Below, piece by piece: positions 22,578 through 31,755 of a stretch of DNA of 43,683 nt. How positions within the stretch are numbered: the first letter of the stretch is position 1; every line of letters begins with the position of its first letter. Source of the stretch: a virus; IMG/VR virus record IMGVR_UViG_3300043478_000025. The stretch is one strand, 5' to 3'. Under the pieces are notes generated by a model, which was not told where the DNA came from, searched no databases, and saw only the letters and a program-made list of their open reading frames with translations. The translations under genes and the position numbers were made by a program.

Positions 22578-22765
22578 CGTGTTACAAGATCTTGTAATAT
22601 TGTGACGAACCGAAATATTACGGTAATACTGCGATCGTGTGACAAGTGTTACGATTCGTAATATAGTGCTCGCTATATTACGATTGTTACAAAGTCATGA
22701 CATTGTAATATAATGCGTGCTATATTACGGGCCTGTTACGATTGTTACAGTTGTATTACGAAATC
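22578..22765. repeat. AT-rich repeat array of GTTACA / GTAATAT boxes in the divergent control region
   Basis: Perfect 16-bp palindrome ttacaagatcttgtaa at 22582-22597. 10-bp arms cgtaatatag/ctatattacg at 22657-22682. 8-bp arms gtaatata/tatattac at 22705-22728. 14-bp direct repeat ttacgattgttaca at 22678-22691 and 22736-22749. Confidence 0.8.
22686..22714 (+). promoter_or_regulatory. Rightward (late-operon) promoter candidate embedded in the palindromes
   Basis: GTTACA (22686-22691), 17-nt spacer, perfect TATAAT (22709-22714). The -10 lies inside palindrome 22705-22728. A second TATAAT is at 22898-22903. Confidence 0.4.
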
Positions 22766-22966
22766 GGTCAGAGTTTGACTTGGTCCCCCGTAGAGCGCGT
22801 AGCCCCAATTCAGATAAAATTTTCCCAAATTAGCAAAACATTCCAAATCCTATTAAGTTACCCCCTCCCCTCGGTGGTCCTCCTGGCGACGTGTGTATAT
22901 AATAGCCTCCATCGCCCCACGCGACCAGGTCGAAGGCTGCCCCGCCCCACCCTACTCGGAGCTAAC

Positions 22967-23371
22967 GTGACTAATAACCCATTGGTCTCTTTCCGAAACC
23001 GTCTCGGTTTAACTCAACTCGAACAGGCTCATCAGTGTGCTCTAGCTGTAGTCCTCATTCAAGCCCAAGAAAAAGGCATTCCTCACCATTTACACCCGCG
23101 CTTCCTCTCGACGTTCCCTGACGCCGTCGAATTAATTCCTGCCTACCATGACTTCCGAACTTCAGTTCGCAGAGAGAATTGGCCTCGGGGTGTAACTGTA
23201 GTTCCCAGTAACGGCCCAGAATTCGCTGAATTCCTGCGTTCGAGTGGCCTCAGCGGAGCTGAGTTCAGTGAGAAGGCATGTATGCCGTTGATAGACATTA
23301 ACTACACCCTACACCATTACCGCATCCCGAGTACACTTATTCGCTTTTTTGAGGAAATCAATGGCCAGTAA
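22967..23371 (+). CDS. Putative DNA-binding protein with two HTH-like segments (134 aa, GTG start)
   Basis: GGAG lies 5 nt before the GTG at 22967. FRNRLGLTQLEQAHQCALAVVLIQAQEKG and FAEFLRSSGLSGAEFSEKACMPLIDIN resemble XRE-type HTH. The track's N-terminal extension from 22742 runs through the repeat array. Confidence 0.5.
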   Translation: MTNNPLVSFRNRLGLTQLEQAHQCALAVVLIQAQEKGIPHHLHPRFLSTFPDAVELIPAYHDFRTSVRRENWPRGVTVVPSNGPEFAEFLRSSGLSGAEFSEKACMPLIDINYTLHHYRIPSTLIRFFEEINGQ

Positions 23372-24056
23372 GCAAGTCCAGTCGACTGTAGCTCTCATTG
23401 AGACGTATTACTGGAAGTTCCGTCGCTTGCCGACGTCTGACGAAGAACTCTTCAGAGAGTACCTCGTTGAAACCTGCCTAGCCGAAGTCTTCGCTAACGC
23501 GAGGTACCTTAAGTACCTGAGCGCTAACGGGGTTCCTGTAGACGGGACGCCTACTCTGACTCCGAAACAAGTGCGATGGATCGACTTACTATGCTCCGCC
23601 GGAGATGGTCGACCAATTGCGGCTAAGATGAAGAGCTTCGGAATCACGCTCTCACAGCACAACGCTTGGCTTAAGAACCCGTTGTTCCAGAGTGCCCTAC
23701 AGACACGTCTTGAACAAATTCTACCAGACGAGCGTTCTAGAGTTCACCAAGCGCTAAGCCGTGAAGCTTCTGGTGGAAACGTTAGTGCCATCAAGCTTTA
23801 CTTAACGCTAACGGGAGAGCTAACAGAAGGAACAAGCTCCGATAAATCGGAGGCAGCTAATCTCATGCAAGGGATTCTCGAAATTCTTGAGGCCCACGTC
23901 GACAGAAACGTGCTTTCAGCTCTCGCCAACGATTTCGATTACTTGCTCGTGCACGGCACGCCACCGGCTCGTAAGCTTAGGGCTGTAGGAGCTGTAGTTT
24001 CCGAAAAAACCGAGAACGTACTGGAATTGGTACTAAACGATGACGACATTTCGTGA
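23361..24056 (+). CDS. terS: Terminase small subunit (231 aa from ATG 23361)
   Basis: Lies immediately upstream of and overlapping TerL. An HTH-like block (IAAKMKSFGITLSQHNAWLKNPLFQSAL) is typical of small terminases. RBS GAGGAA lies before the ATG. Confidence 0.6.
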   Translation: MASKQVQSTVALIETYYWKFRRLPTSDEELFREYLVETCLAEVFANARYLKYLSANGVPVDGTPTLTPKQVRWIDLLCSAGDGRPIAAKMKSFGITLSQHNAWLKNPLFQSALQTRLEQILPDERSRVHQALSREASGGNVSAIKLYLTLTGELTEGTSSDKSEAANLMQGILEILEAHVDRNVLSALANDFDYLLVHGTPPARKLRAVGAVVSEKTENVLELVLNDDDIS

Positions 24057-25509
24057 AGAATTCGCTGGATCCCTTCGTAGAAGGGTAACGTCGCCGAGCT
24101 TGCTCGGGTACACGCCGTACGAAATTCAGGAGAAATTCCATGCCAGCGACGCCATCGGACGTCTTCTTCTGGGAGGAAACAGGGCAGGGAAAACTGTTTC
24201 CGGAGCCACAGAGGCGTCATTCTGGCTCACTGGTAATCATCCTTACAGACGAATACCGGAACCTCCCGTTTTCGGCAGAGGAGTTAGCGTCGATATTGAG
24301 CAAGGTCTCAAGAAAATTATGCTCCCCGAACTCGACAGATGGCTTCCTCGAAGCGCGCTTGTCTCCGGAAGTTGGGAGCAGAGTTACGATAAGCAAAGTC
24401 GTGTTCTCACTCTAGCTAACGGCAGTAAGATGGACTTCCTCACAGGCGAGATGGATACTGAAAAGCACGCTGGTACTTCTCGTAATTTTTGTTGGATCGA
24501 CGAAGAACCGCCTGAAAGCATATTTAACGAGAACATGCTACGACTGGTTGATGTACAGGGTAATTGGTGGATGACAATGACGCCAGTTCTCGGAATGACT
24601 TGGGTCTACAGGAGAATCTACGAACCGTTCACCGAGGGAAACCTACACGATGAAGCAGCAGTGTTCCAAGCACCCTCAGAGTACAACCCTTTCCTTCCTC
24701 CTGGGGCTCTTGACGCAATGCTCGCTGGAATGTCAAGCGAAGAACGGGAAGCTAGGAAGTACGGCAAATTCGTCGCTGCTTCTGGTCTTGTTTATCCTAG
24801 TTTTAATCCTGCTCTCCATGTCGTCGATAGTATTGACCCTAGTGCTGTAGTTCACCCGATAATCACCGGAATGGATCATGGGCTCAGGAATCCGACGGCT
24901 TGGTTGTGGGCTTACGTGGACAATGAAGGACGGATTATTGTCTTCCATGAGTATTACGAGGCAGAACGAACAATCACCGAACACGCCTCCGAAGTTAACT
25001 TCTGGGAGCGAACCAGGAATATTCAGTTCAAGGTCAATTATCGTGTTGGCGACCCTTCCATCTCCCAAAGAAACGCAGTCAACGGAGAGTCGGTTCAATC
25101 CGAGTATTCTCGCGACGATGTCTTCATTGGGCTTGGAAACAATGACGTACCCTACGGACTTAATCGAGTGCGTCGTTTGTTGGATACCCGAGGACTTCTC
25201 ATTACTAACGATTGTACCCATCTTATCAGAGAGCTACATACTTATAGATGGTCCCAATTTGCCAGTATGAAGGCCAGGGAAGCCAAGCAACCAAAGGAAG
25301 CCCCTGAAAAAAGAAACGATCACGCCGTTGATGCACTTAGATACCTTGTGTGCTCTCGCCCGGAAAACGAATGGGGAGGTGCAGACGTTCCTCATTTTGA
25401 GCCAAGGACCCCCTCGCATACTGTTCCTAGAGATGAAGAGTACACCGAACGAGACTTCCTAGGTTCGGATAACGACAAGTACCATCCAGTGTTAGGAGAT
25501 GATTGGTGA
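24040..25509 (+). CDS. terL: Terminase large subunit
   Basis: Walker A LLGGNRAGKT, Walker B FCWIDEEP, and nuclease-domain acidic motifs ITGMDHG and DHAVDALRY. 489 aa. Confidence 0.9.
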   Translation: MTTFREEFAGSLRRRVTSPSLLGYTPYEIQEKFHASDAIGRLLLGGNRAGKTVSGATEASFWLTGNHPYRRIPEPPVFGRGVSVDIEQGLKKIMLPELDRWLPRSALVSGSWEQSYDKQSRVLTLANGSKMDFLTGEMDTEKHAGTSRNFCWIDEEPPESIFNENMLRLVDVQGNWWMTMTPVLGMTWVYRRIYEPFTEGNLHDEAAVFQAPSEYNPFLPPGALDAMLAGMSSEEREARKYGKFVAASGLVYPSFNPALHVVDSIDPSAVVHPIITGMDHGLRNPTAWLWAYVDNEGRIIVFHEYYEAERTITEHASEVNFWERTRNIQFKVNYRVGDPSISQRNAVNGESVQSEYSRDDVFIGLGNNDVPYGLNRVRRLLDTRGLLITNDCTHLIRELHTYRWSQFASMKAREAKQPKEAPEKRNDHAVDALRYLVCSRPENEWGGADVPHFEPRTPSHTVPRDEEYTERDFLGSDNDKYHPVLGDDW

Positions 25510-25745
25510 GCGACCAACTTGCAGAGCAAATTGAACAGACGATGGGATTTCATCCTGGAAACGCTAACGTCGCTAATGTTTATGCTGAGCTACGTGAACG
25601 TTTTCGGGATCTTGCTCATCATGTTAACGAAGTCTGCCCCGATGGTCGTCTTAAGTCCCTAGCAGTCACACATCTCGAAGACGCTTTAATGCGTTCAATC
25701 CAAGCCGTCGCGGTGTCGCAACCTCTCGGACCGGAGCGTATCTGA
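25506..25745 (+). CDS. Hypothetical protein (79 aa)
   Basis: AGGAG (25494-25498) lies 7 nt before the GTG at 25506, and the start overlaps the TerL stop. Confidence 0.6.
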   Translation: MSDQLAEQIEQTMGFHPGNANVANVYAELRERFRDLAHHVNEVCPDGRLKSLAVTHLEDALMRSIQAVAVSQPLGPERI

Positions 25746-26263
25746 TGAACAGGGACTGTAGGATTTATCGTCGGAGTACGCTCCTACAGATGAAAGAAGG
25801 CGATCCGGATTGGGAAGAAACTGTCGATAGTCTAGAGGTTGTTAGCCCTGTAGGTGGAAAAGATGCGCGATTTCAGCTCCTTACCACTGGATTGCAGCTT
25901 CCTGCGTGTAGTTTCGTCTCCCGCAGTATCGACGACGTGTGGTTCTTGGACACCGGGGTTGATTTCGACGGCGGTAGAATGTACATCGGAGAAAAAGACT
26001 TCGTCGGATTGGCCTCTGTCGCTGGGTACGTGTCTAAGGCAAGCGCTAGCCGAGTTTACGAGGAAAATGAGAGACTAAACCGTGATCTCACTATTGCTCG
26101 GAATCTTATCCGGGACCTCCGCGCTGCTGTGGCTGGGTTGGTGGGTGCCGCTCCGGTGGAAGGAAGTGAAAATGCGAGAGCTAGAAAACGAACAGATTCG
26201 GATGAACCTCTCTCACTCGGAACAGAAGCAAACCCTTCGGATCTGGACCTTGATGCTCTCTAA
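25745..26263 (+). CDS. Hypothetical protein (172 aa)
   Basis: ORF-track ORF with a TGATG overlap to the upstream stop. Confidence 0.65.
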   Translation: MNRDCRIYRRSTLLQMKEGDPDWEETVDSLEVVSPVGGKDARFQLLTTGLQLPACSFVSRSIDDVWFLDTGVDFDGGRMYIGEKDFVGLASVAGYVSKASASRVYEENERLNRDLTIARNLIRDLRAAVAGLVGAAPVEGSENARARKRTDSDEPLSLGTEANPSDLDLDAL

Positions 26264-26420
26264 TGAAGCAGGTGTAGCTGTTACCGAAGGTGAATCACCC
26301 CCGCCCGATGTGTTTGTAGTTCCCGATGAGTTCGATGACGAACCTGTAGTTCTCGTTGATGATGACGATGAAGATGCACGGTTCTTGATGGGGGTGCTGA
26401 ACATTGACCATGATGGATGA
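26253..26420 (+). CDS. Small acidic protein (55 aa)
   Basis: In-frame ATG at 26253 within track ORF 26082..26420. Starting at 26082 would overlap the previous CDS by ~180 nt. Sequence: MLSNEAGVAVTEGESPPPDVFVVPDEFDDEPVVLVDDDDEDARFLMGVLNIDHDG. Confidence 0.45.
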   Translation: MLSNEAGVAVTEGESPPPDVFVVPDEFDDEPVVLVDDDDEDARFLMGVLNIDHDG

Positions 26421-28416
26421 AAACACAGACGTCTCTCAGAACGGTAAAGCAGGAGAGCCAGAACCTCTCGTTGTTTGGGAAACTCGTTATTCCAAGGCAA
26501 AAATGGCTCGGCAGCAGTTCGAGCGTCAGTGGTACATCAACATTGCCTTCTTCTTTGGGAAGCAATGGGTCACATGGCAGTATTCTCAGATGCCAACAAG
26601 CCTCGGACAGCTCATAGAGCCGCCTCCGAATCGTTCTAAGACAAGGATCACCGTCAACCGTGTGCGAAAAATTGTCCGAAAGGAACTTGCCCGACTCAAC
26701 AAGGAGCGGATTCGAGGATTCGTTAACCCTAATACTACGGATACTATTGATGTCTCTTCTGCTCGTGCTGCCGATAAGCTTGTTGATTATTTGACGGACG
26801 TTTGCGAAGTTGCGGACGTTATGAAGCGTGTAGACTTCTGGATGTTGCTTTGCGGAACCGCTTTCTCGAAGGATTACTACTCGGATTCGGTCAATGTAGG
26901 CGGAGCTATGGGCGGACCAGTCTGTGAAGCCGTTTCTCCGTTCCATTTATTCGTTCCGAACCTAGACGAGCCCGATATTGAGCGTCAGCCGTGGATTATG
27001 CATTGTGTAGTTCGCGATCCGGAGTTCTTGAGCAAGGAATACGGCGTAAAAGTCGACGAAACGATGACTCTTTCGTCTTCCACCGTCGAATCTCGTCTGA
27101 TGACGGTCATGGGAATGACTGATCAACAGGCGAAGCAGAAGGGTGTTGAGGTAAAAGAGGTCTGGGTCAAGCCAAATGACCAAACTTACCCTGATGGACT
27201 ACATCTGATCTACATAAAGGGTAAAGTCCTACAGGCTGAGCCTTTTCCGTACGCACATGGCCAATTCCCATTCACTCGGAGACAGTACATAGAATCGGGG
27301 ATGTTCTATGCGGATAGCCTTATCAACGACCTTATCCCAATTCAGCTTGAGTACAACCGTACTCGGTCCCAAATCATCGAAGATAAGAACAAGATGGCTA
27401 AACCTATGCTTTCCGCTGTGGAAGGCTCGATTTCGCCTCGTAAGATCCGGAACGTCCCCGGTGAAATCATTCTACATAAGCCTGGTACTAATCCGCCCCA
27501 GCCAATACCCCTTGTTGGGCTTCCGGCATACGTCATAGATCATTTAACTTTGCTACGAACAGAAATGGATGAGCTTGCATCACAACAGACTCAGGATGGG
27601 AAGCAATTACCGCCCGGAGTTACTGCTGCGACGGCCATCGCATATTTGCAGGAGGACGAGTCATCACTTGTTATGGATACGATTCGTGACAAGGAGAAGG
27701 GGTGGCAGAAGGTAATCCAACACTTCCTCTCGTATGTAGGCCAATACTGGGATGCCCAGCATATGGTCAAGACTGTAGGACAAAATCAGAATTTTGAAGC
27801 CTTCAACTTCTCGCAGTCCGATCTTAACGGACAAACGGATTGGCGAGTTGTACCTGGAAGCGCTACGCCGAGAAGCTACCCTGCGCAACAAGCCCAAATC
27901 ATGGAGCTACTCAAGATGGGCGTGGTTCCGGCTCCGATGGCTCTTAACTCGTTGGATCTTGGCGATACGGATCGACTTTACGAGGAAATGCAGGTCGATG
28001 TTCGGGAAGCGGATCTAGAAAATGCCAAGATGGCACAAGGACTACAGCAGCCCGTAGGTAACTATCAGGCGCATTTGGAGCATATTCAGCGTCATGACTT
28101 CTACAGGAAGGGACAAGAGGCTACTCAGCAAGATCAGAACCTTGATTTGCTGTTTAACGCCCATACCTTCATCCACATCGTCTATTTCCTGCTAGAAACC
28201 AATCCAATGCTTCAATTGCCTTGGCAACCACAGGTAATCCAGGGCATTAGAATGGGACAGATACCATGCGATGACTCTATTATGATTCAGGCTAGAGGTT
28301 TGCTGCACGCGGCTGCTTCCGGTATGCTTGCCCCACAGCCCGCTGGTCCGGGCGGAGCACCTGGCGCCCCAGGAGCGCAACCACCAGCACAAGGACCACA
28401 AAATGCCCCCAGTTGA
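26410..28416 (+). CDS. Portal protein
   Basis: ~670 aa, positioned between terminase and scaffold/capsid. ERQWYINIAFFFGKQWV resembles portal N-terminal motifs. Low-complexity C-tail (PQPAGPGGAPGAPGAQPPAQGPQNAPS). The start may be TTG 26404 or ATG 26410/26413. Confidence 0.75.
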   Translation: MMDENTDVSQNGKAGEPEPLVVWETRYSKAKMARQQFERQWYINIAFFFGKQWVTWQYSQMPTSLGQLIEPPPNRSKTRITVNRVRKIVRKELARLNKERIRGFVNPNTTDTIDVSSARAADKLVDYLTDVCEVADVMKRVDFWMLLCGTAFSKDYYSDSVNVGGAMGGPVCEAVSPFHLFVPNLDEPDIERQPWIMHCVVRDPEFLSKEYGVKVDETMTLSSSTVESRLMTVMGMTDQQAKQKGVEVKEVWVKPNDQTYPDGLHLIYIKGKVLQAEPFPYAHGQFPFTRRQYIESGMFYADSLINDLIPIQLEYNRTRSQIIEDKNKMAKPMLSAVEGSISPRKIRNVPGEIILHKPGTNPPQPIPLVGLPAYVIDHLTLLRTEMDELASQQTQDGKQLPPGVTAATAIAYLQEDESSLVMDTIRDKEKGWQKVIQHFLSYVGQYWDAQHMVKTVGQNQNFEAFNFSQSDLNGQTDWRVVPGSATPRSYPAQQAQIMELLKMGVVPAPMALNSLDLGDTDRLYEEMQVDVREADLENAKMAQGLQQPVGNYQAHLEHIQRHDFYRKGQEATQQDQNLDLLFNAHTFIHIVYFLLETNPMLQLPWQPQVIQGIRMGQIPCDDSIMIQARGLLHAAASGMLAPQPAGPGGAPGAPGAQPPAQGPQNAPS

Positions 28417-28443
28417 TTTGCTACTAACAAAGTGAGATTGTAA

Positions 28444-29301
28444 ATGTCTGATGCGATGGGAAGCGACGATCTTTCTGGCCAACTTAGCGGAGCTATTGGC
28501 GGCGATGAAGGATATGAGCCAGACCCAGGCGGCGAAACTGTAGTTCCGGAAGTACAAGAAGGTCCGAAACTATCAGCTTTTGCCCAGAACTATTTGAACA
28601 CTGTTCCTGACGCCGAGCGTGATATCGTTACTCGACACGTTCAGCAATGGGATAAGGGATTCAGCAAGTACGCCGACGGTATCTCCAGGAAATACGGTCA
28701 ATACGACCAACTTGGGGATTTTGATCAGGTTCAACAGGCTGTTCAACTAGCCCAACTAATTACGCAGGATCCTAATACTGCTACTCAATGGCTACTTAGT
28801 CAGGGTTATGGGCGTCAAGAAGCCGCACAAACGGTTCAGAACGCACAACAGGTCGCACAGCAAAACCCTCAGCAGCAACCAGGACAGCCAGGACAACCTC
28901 AGCAAGAATGGGTTCCTCCGGCCGTTCAGAGGGAACTACAGCAATACAAAATGGCTCTCGGGGCGATGAACCAACGCTTTGAGACCGACCAGTTCAACAG
29001 AGAAACCGAAAGGTACCAGCGAGAAATTGAGTCTGGACTCGCAGCGGTCAAATCTCAGTATCCTCAGATCCCCGAGACCATGATCCTTCATCTAATGAAG
29101 GGCGGGATGGAGATGGATGACGCTGTAGGTTTGATCGTAGAGCAAATCCAGGCGGGAGTTAATCAACGTCAAGCTCCCAATGCTCCAAGGGTACTCAGCT
29201 CGGCATCTTTGCCCCCACAAGCAGCGAAAGCGCCGTCAGAAATGACGGACGACGAACGGAAGGCGAGTTTACTCGCTGCCCTACAAGGAGCAATGGAATA
29301 G
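28444..29301 (+). CDS. Scaffolding protein
   Basis: Sits between portal and capsid. Gln-rich, helical-looking sequence (QQVAQQNPQQQPGQPGQPQQ). Confidence 0.6.
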   Translation: MSDAMGSDDLSGQLSGAIGGDEGYEPDPGGETVVPEVQEGPKLSAFAQNYLNTVPDAERDIVTRHVQQWDKGFSKYADGISRKYGQYDQLGDFDQVQQAVQLAQLITQDPNTATQWLLSQGYGRQEAAQTVQNAQQVAQQNPQQQPGQPGQPQQEWVPPAVQRELQQYKMALGAMNQRFETDQFNRETERYQREIESGLAAVKSQYPQIPETMILHLMKGGMEMDDAVGLIVEQIQAGVNQRQAPNAPRVLSSASLPPQAAKAPSEMTDDERKASLLAALQGAME

Positions 29302-30491
29302 TGCCGAACGTTAATATCTCTTCAATCTCTCCAATCCTGAAGGTTCACTATGAGGGACCGATCGCAAAGAACATTCAGGATGAGACCGTACTCACCCAGC
29401 GCATTGAGTCCTCTTCAAAGGGAGTTACGCACCGGGCGGGTGGTAAGTACGTGGACTTCCCCATTCTCGTCGGAAAGAACCAGGGTATTTCCTTCCGGCA
29501 AGAGAATGAGACCCTCGGTGCTCCTGGTCGCTCTCGGTCAAAGGAAGTCCAGGTTCCTTTGTACTACGGCTACGGCCGTGCAAGGATCCAGGGCCAGATC
29601 TTTGAAATCGCAGAGTCCGACATGGACGCATTCGTCGAGGCCGTCGACAATGAGATGTCTGTGCTCAAGATGTCTGTTGGAAAGGACCAGAACAGAATTT
29701 TCTACGGTTCTGGAACTGGGAACCTTGCTACGATCCAGAGCACAGGTACGCTGAATACCGTAACCGTGGACGACGCTTACTGGTTGGAAATCGACGCTGT
29801 TGTTGACGTCGTAACCATTTCAACCGGCGCCGTTGTTGCTGCTGCCAGGAACATCACAGCCGTTGACTACACCGCGATGACCGTTACCTTCGACGGTGCT
29901 GCCGCTGCTGTATCCGCTGGTTTGCAGATGTTCACCCGTGCTGGCAACTATGCAGCAGGTACTCAGCGTGAGCCTTCCGGGCTGGATCGTATGGCCAACA
30001 ACTCGGTGAACTTGTTTGGGGTCAACGATCCGGTCTGGAAGGCGAACACGCTTGCTTTGAATGGCGCTCTTTCGGAAGTTGCCATGATCAAGCGTTGTGA
30101 CGCCGTGCGTAAGAGTGGTGGGAAGGTTACCGCAATCTTCACGTCTCTCGGTGTTCGGCTGGCCTACTTCAACCTGCTAGTTCAGCAGCGTCGTCAGAAC
30201 AATACCGTCGAATTCAAGGGTGGATTCCGTGGCCTACCCTTCATTTACGGTCCGCAAGAACTTCCAGTGGTTGAAGATCCGGACTGTCCTGCTGGTAAGA
30301 TGTACTTCGTGCCGGAAAAGGAAATGCGAATCTACCACACGAAGGACTGGCACTTCGAGGACAAGACGGGGTCGATGTTCGTCCAAGTAGCCGATACCGA
30401 TGCTTACGACGTTCTCATCAAGAGGTACTTCGAGATGGGGATTCGTCGTCGAAACGGTCTCGGAGCTTTAACAGGCGTCACCGAAGGCTAA
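29301..30491 (+). CDS. Major capsid protein (396 aa, GTG start)
   Basis: AAGGAG RBS with a TAGTG overlap to the scaffold stop. Strong codon bias and almost no TGTAG/CTACA. Followed by two strong hairpins/terminators. Confidence 0.75.
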   Translation: MPNVNISSISPILKVHYEGPIAKNIQDETVLTQRIESSSKGVTHRAGGKYVDFPILVGKNQGISFRQENETLGAPGRSRSKEVQVPLYYGYGRARIQGQIFEIAESDMDAFVEAVDNEMSVLKMSVGKDQNRIFYGSGTGNLATIQSTGTLNTVTVDDAYWLEIDAVVDVVTISTGAVVAAARNITAVDYTAMTVTFDGAAAAVSAGLQMFTRAGNYAAGTQREPSGLDRMANNSVNLFGVNDPVWKANTLALNGALSEVAMIKRCDAVRKSGGKVTAIFTSLGVRLAYFNLLVQQRRQNNTVEFKGGFRGLPFIYGPQELPVVEDPDCPAGKMYFVPEKEMRIYHTKDWHFEDKTGSMFVQVADTDAYDVLIKRYFEMGIRRRNGLGALTGVTEG

Positions 30492-30496
30492 ATTCT

Positions 30497-30543
30497 GGGG
30501 GAATAGCCGCCAACATCCGCCGTGTTCCCTCGGCTATTCCCCC
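30497..30543 (+). terminator. Perfect 13-bp stem hairpin after the capsid gene
   Basis: gggggaatagccg (30497-30509) / cggctattccccc (30531-30543) with a 21-nt loop and no U tract. Confidence 0.55.
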
Positions 30544-30576
30544 ATCTTCTCCCCTTGGGCGGGGTTGACTAATTGG

Positions 30577-30602
30577 GCCGGTCCTTCGGGGCCGGCTCTT
30601 TT
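30577..30602 (+). terminator. Canonical intrinsic terminator
   Basis: gccggtcc-ttcg-gggccggc (8-bp stem with one G.U, UUCG loop), followed by tctttt. Confidence 0.75.
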
Positions 30603-30617
30603 AGTAGGAGGCCTAAT

Positions 30618-31097
30618 ATGCCCTGGGATGCTATCTCAATGGACGGAGAACTCGTCCATGTTGAAGATGATGTCGCCCACGTCGTCAAGGAAATCAGTCG
30701 ACTCTGGCCGGACCTTAAGATCCAGTATTGTCCGAATCCTGATCCGGGCGACGCTCCTTTCCGTGTTGTTGAGTTGTGCAGGGATAATGTTTGGCGACCC
30801 GTACTTACAGCCCAGACCCTGGATAACCGTCTGCTGGATATGCTTCACGATTGTGATAGCTATAAAGTTAATGTCCTGGCTAAACTTGATGCGAATAACG
30901 CGAAAGTTAGGGCCGAGCAGAAAGAGGCTGAAAACTCTTGGCGTACGGCAGCAAAGGATGTCCTACTACAAGTATTTAGAAGCCCGAAAGGCCGGTATAC
31001 TATACCGGATACACGTCCGGGCCATGAAGGTGAAATCATCTTCATAGACGATGACCCCGCCCGTCGGACGATCGTGAGAGATTATGAATCTGACTAG
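30618..31097 (+). CDS. Hypothetical virion-module protein (159 aa from ATG 30618)
   Basis: AGGAGG (30606-30611) lies 6 nt before the ATG. The track start at 30573 lies inside the terminator. Confidence 0.65.
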   Translation: MPWDAISMDGELVHVEDDVAHVVKEISRLWPDLKIQYCPNPDPGDAPFRVVELCRDNVWRPVLTAQTLDNRLLDMLHDCDSYKVNVLAKLDANNAKVRAEQKEAENSWRTAAKDVLLQVFRSPKGRYTIPDTRPGHEGEIIFIDDDPARRTIVRDYESD

Positions 31098-31755
31098 TCT
31101 ACAAACGTTCGTGTCGGCTCTTGCGGGAGACGAATCTAACGTTCAGTTCACGACGGCACAGATCACGCAGTACCTCAACTGGGCGCAGAAGGAAATGTGT
31201 AGGCGGCTGGAATACTTCCAGAAAACCGCTACAATCACAACACTAGATACAGGCGTTGTAGATAATCAAGGCGGAGCAGTTCTTCCGGCGGACTTCGATC
31301 AGGAACTACACGTCTTCTGGAACGGAAGTAAGATCAGTAAGACCTCCTATGCTGACTTCTATGGACAGCTTGGCGGGGGTGTAGGTACCAGTAATCCCAC
31401 GTATTATGCCATTCAGGACTTTAACTCCACACCAGCACGACGAATGGTGTTCTGGCCTTATCAGTCTCCCGGAAGAACGGGAATTGATCTAGACCTGATC
31501 TATACCGCACAACCTCCCGATCTTGTTGCCGGTGTGGATATTCCGGTGCTTCCTGATGCTTGCCATGAGGCTATGTGTTTGTATGCTCTGGCGAAGTGTA
31601 AACTACAGGAAAACGACTATCAAGCTTATAAGCTCGTTCAGGGTGACTACCTAGCCAAGATAATGGAACTGTCTAGTTTTGTGACAGAAGCGGACGGTTT
31701 CTCGTACCCGATCGTTCGTTCTTCGTACGAGCAGATCGAGTCAATGGATGCGTAG
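31084..31755 (+). CDS. Structural protein, possible head-tail adaptor
   Basis: Call rests on position after the capsid and on size (223 aa). No diagnostic motif was verified. Confidence 0.4.
   Translation: MNLTSLQTFVSALAGDESNVQFTTAQITQYLNWAQKEMCRRLEYFQKTATITTLDTGVVDNQGGAVLPADFDQELHVFWNGSKISKTSYADFYGQLGGGVGTSNPTYYAIQDFNSTPARRMVFWPYQSPGRTGIDLDLIYTAQPPDLVAGVDIPVLPDACHEAMCLYALAKCKLQENDYQAYKLVQGDYLAKIMELSSFVTEADGFSYPIVRSSYEQIESMDA

Noticed and set aside
22742-22966. N-terminal 75 codons of track ORF 22742..23371
   Set aside because: This part runs through the GTTACA/GTAATAT repeat array and candidate promoter elements and gives an implausible peptide. A GGAG-spaced GTG at 22967 gives a compact HTH protein.
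26082-26252. Long version of the small acidic ORF (112 aa)
   Set aside because: It overlaps the 172-aa CDS 25745..26263 by about 180 nt in another frame. The internal ATG at 26253 removes the conflict.
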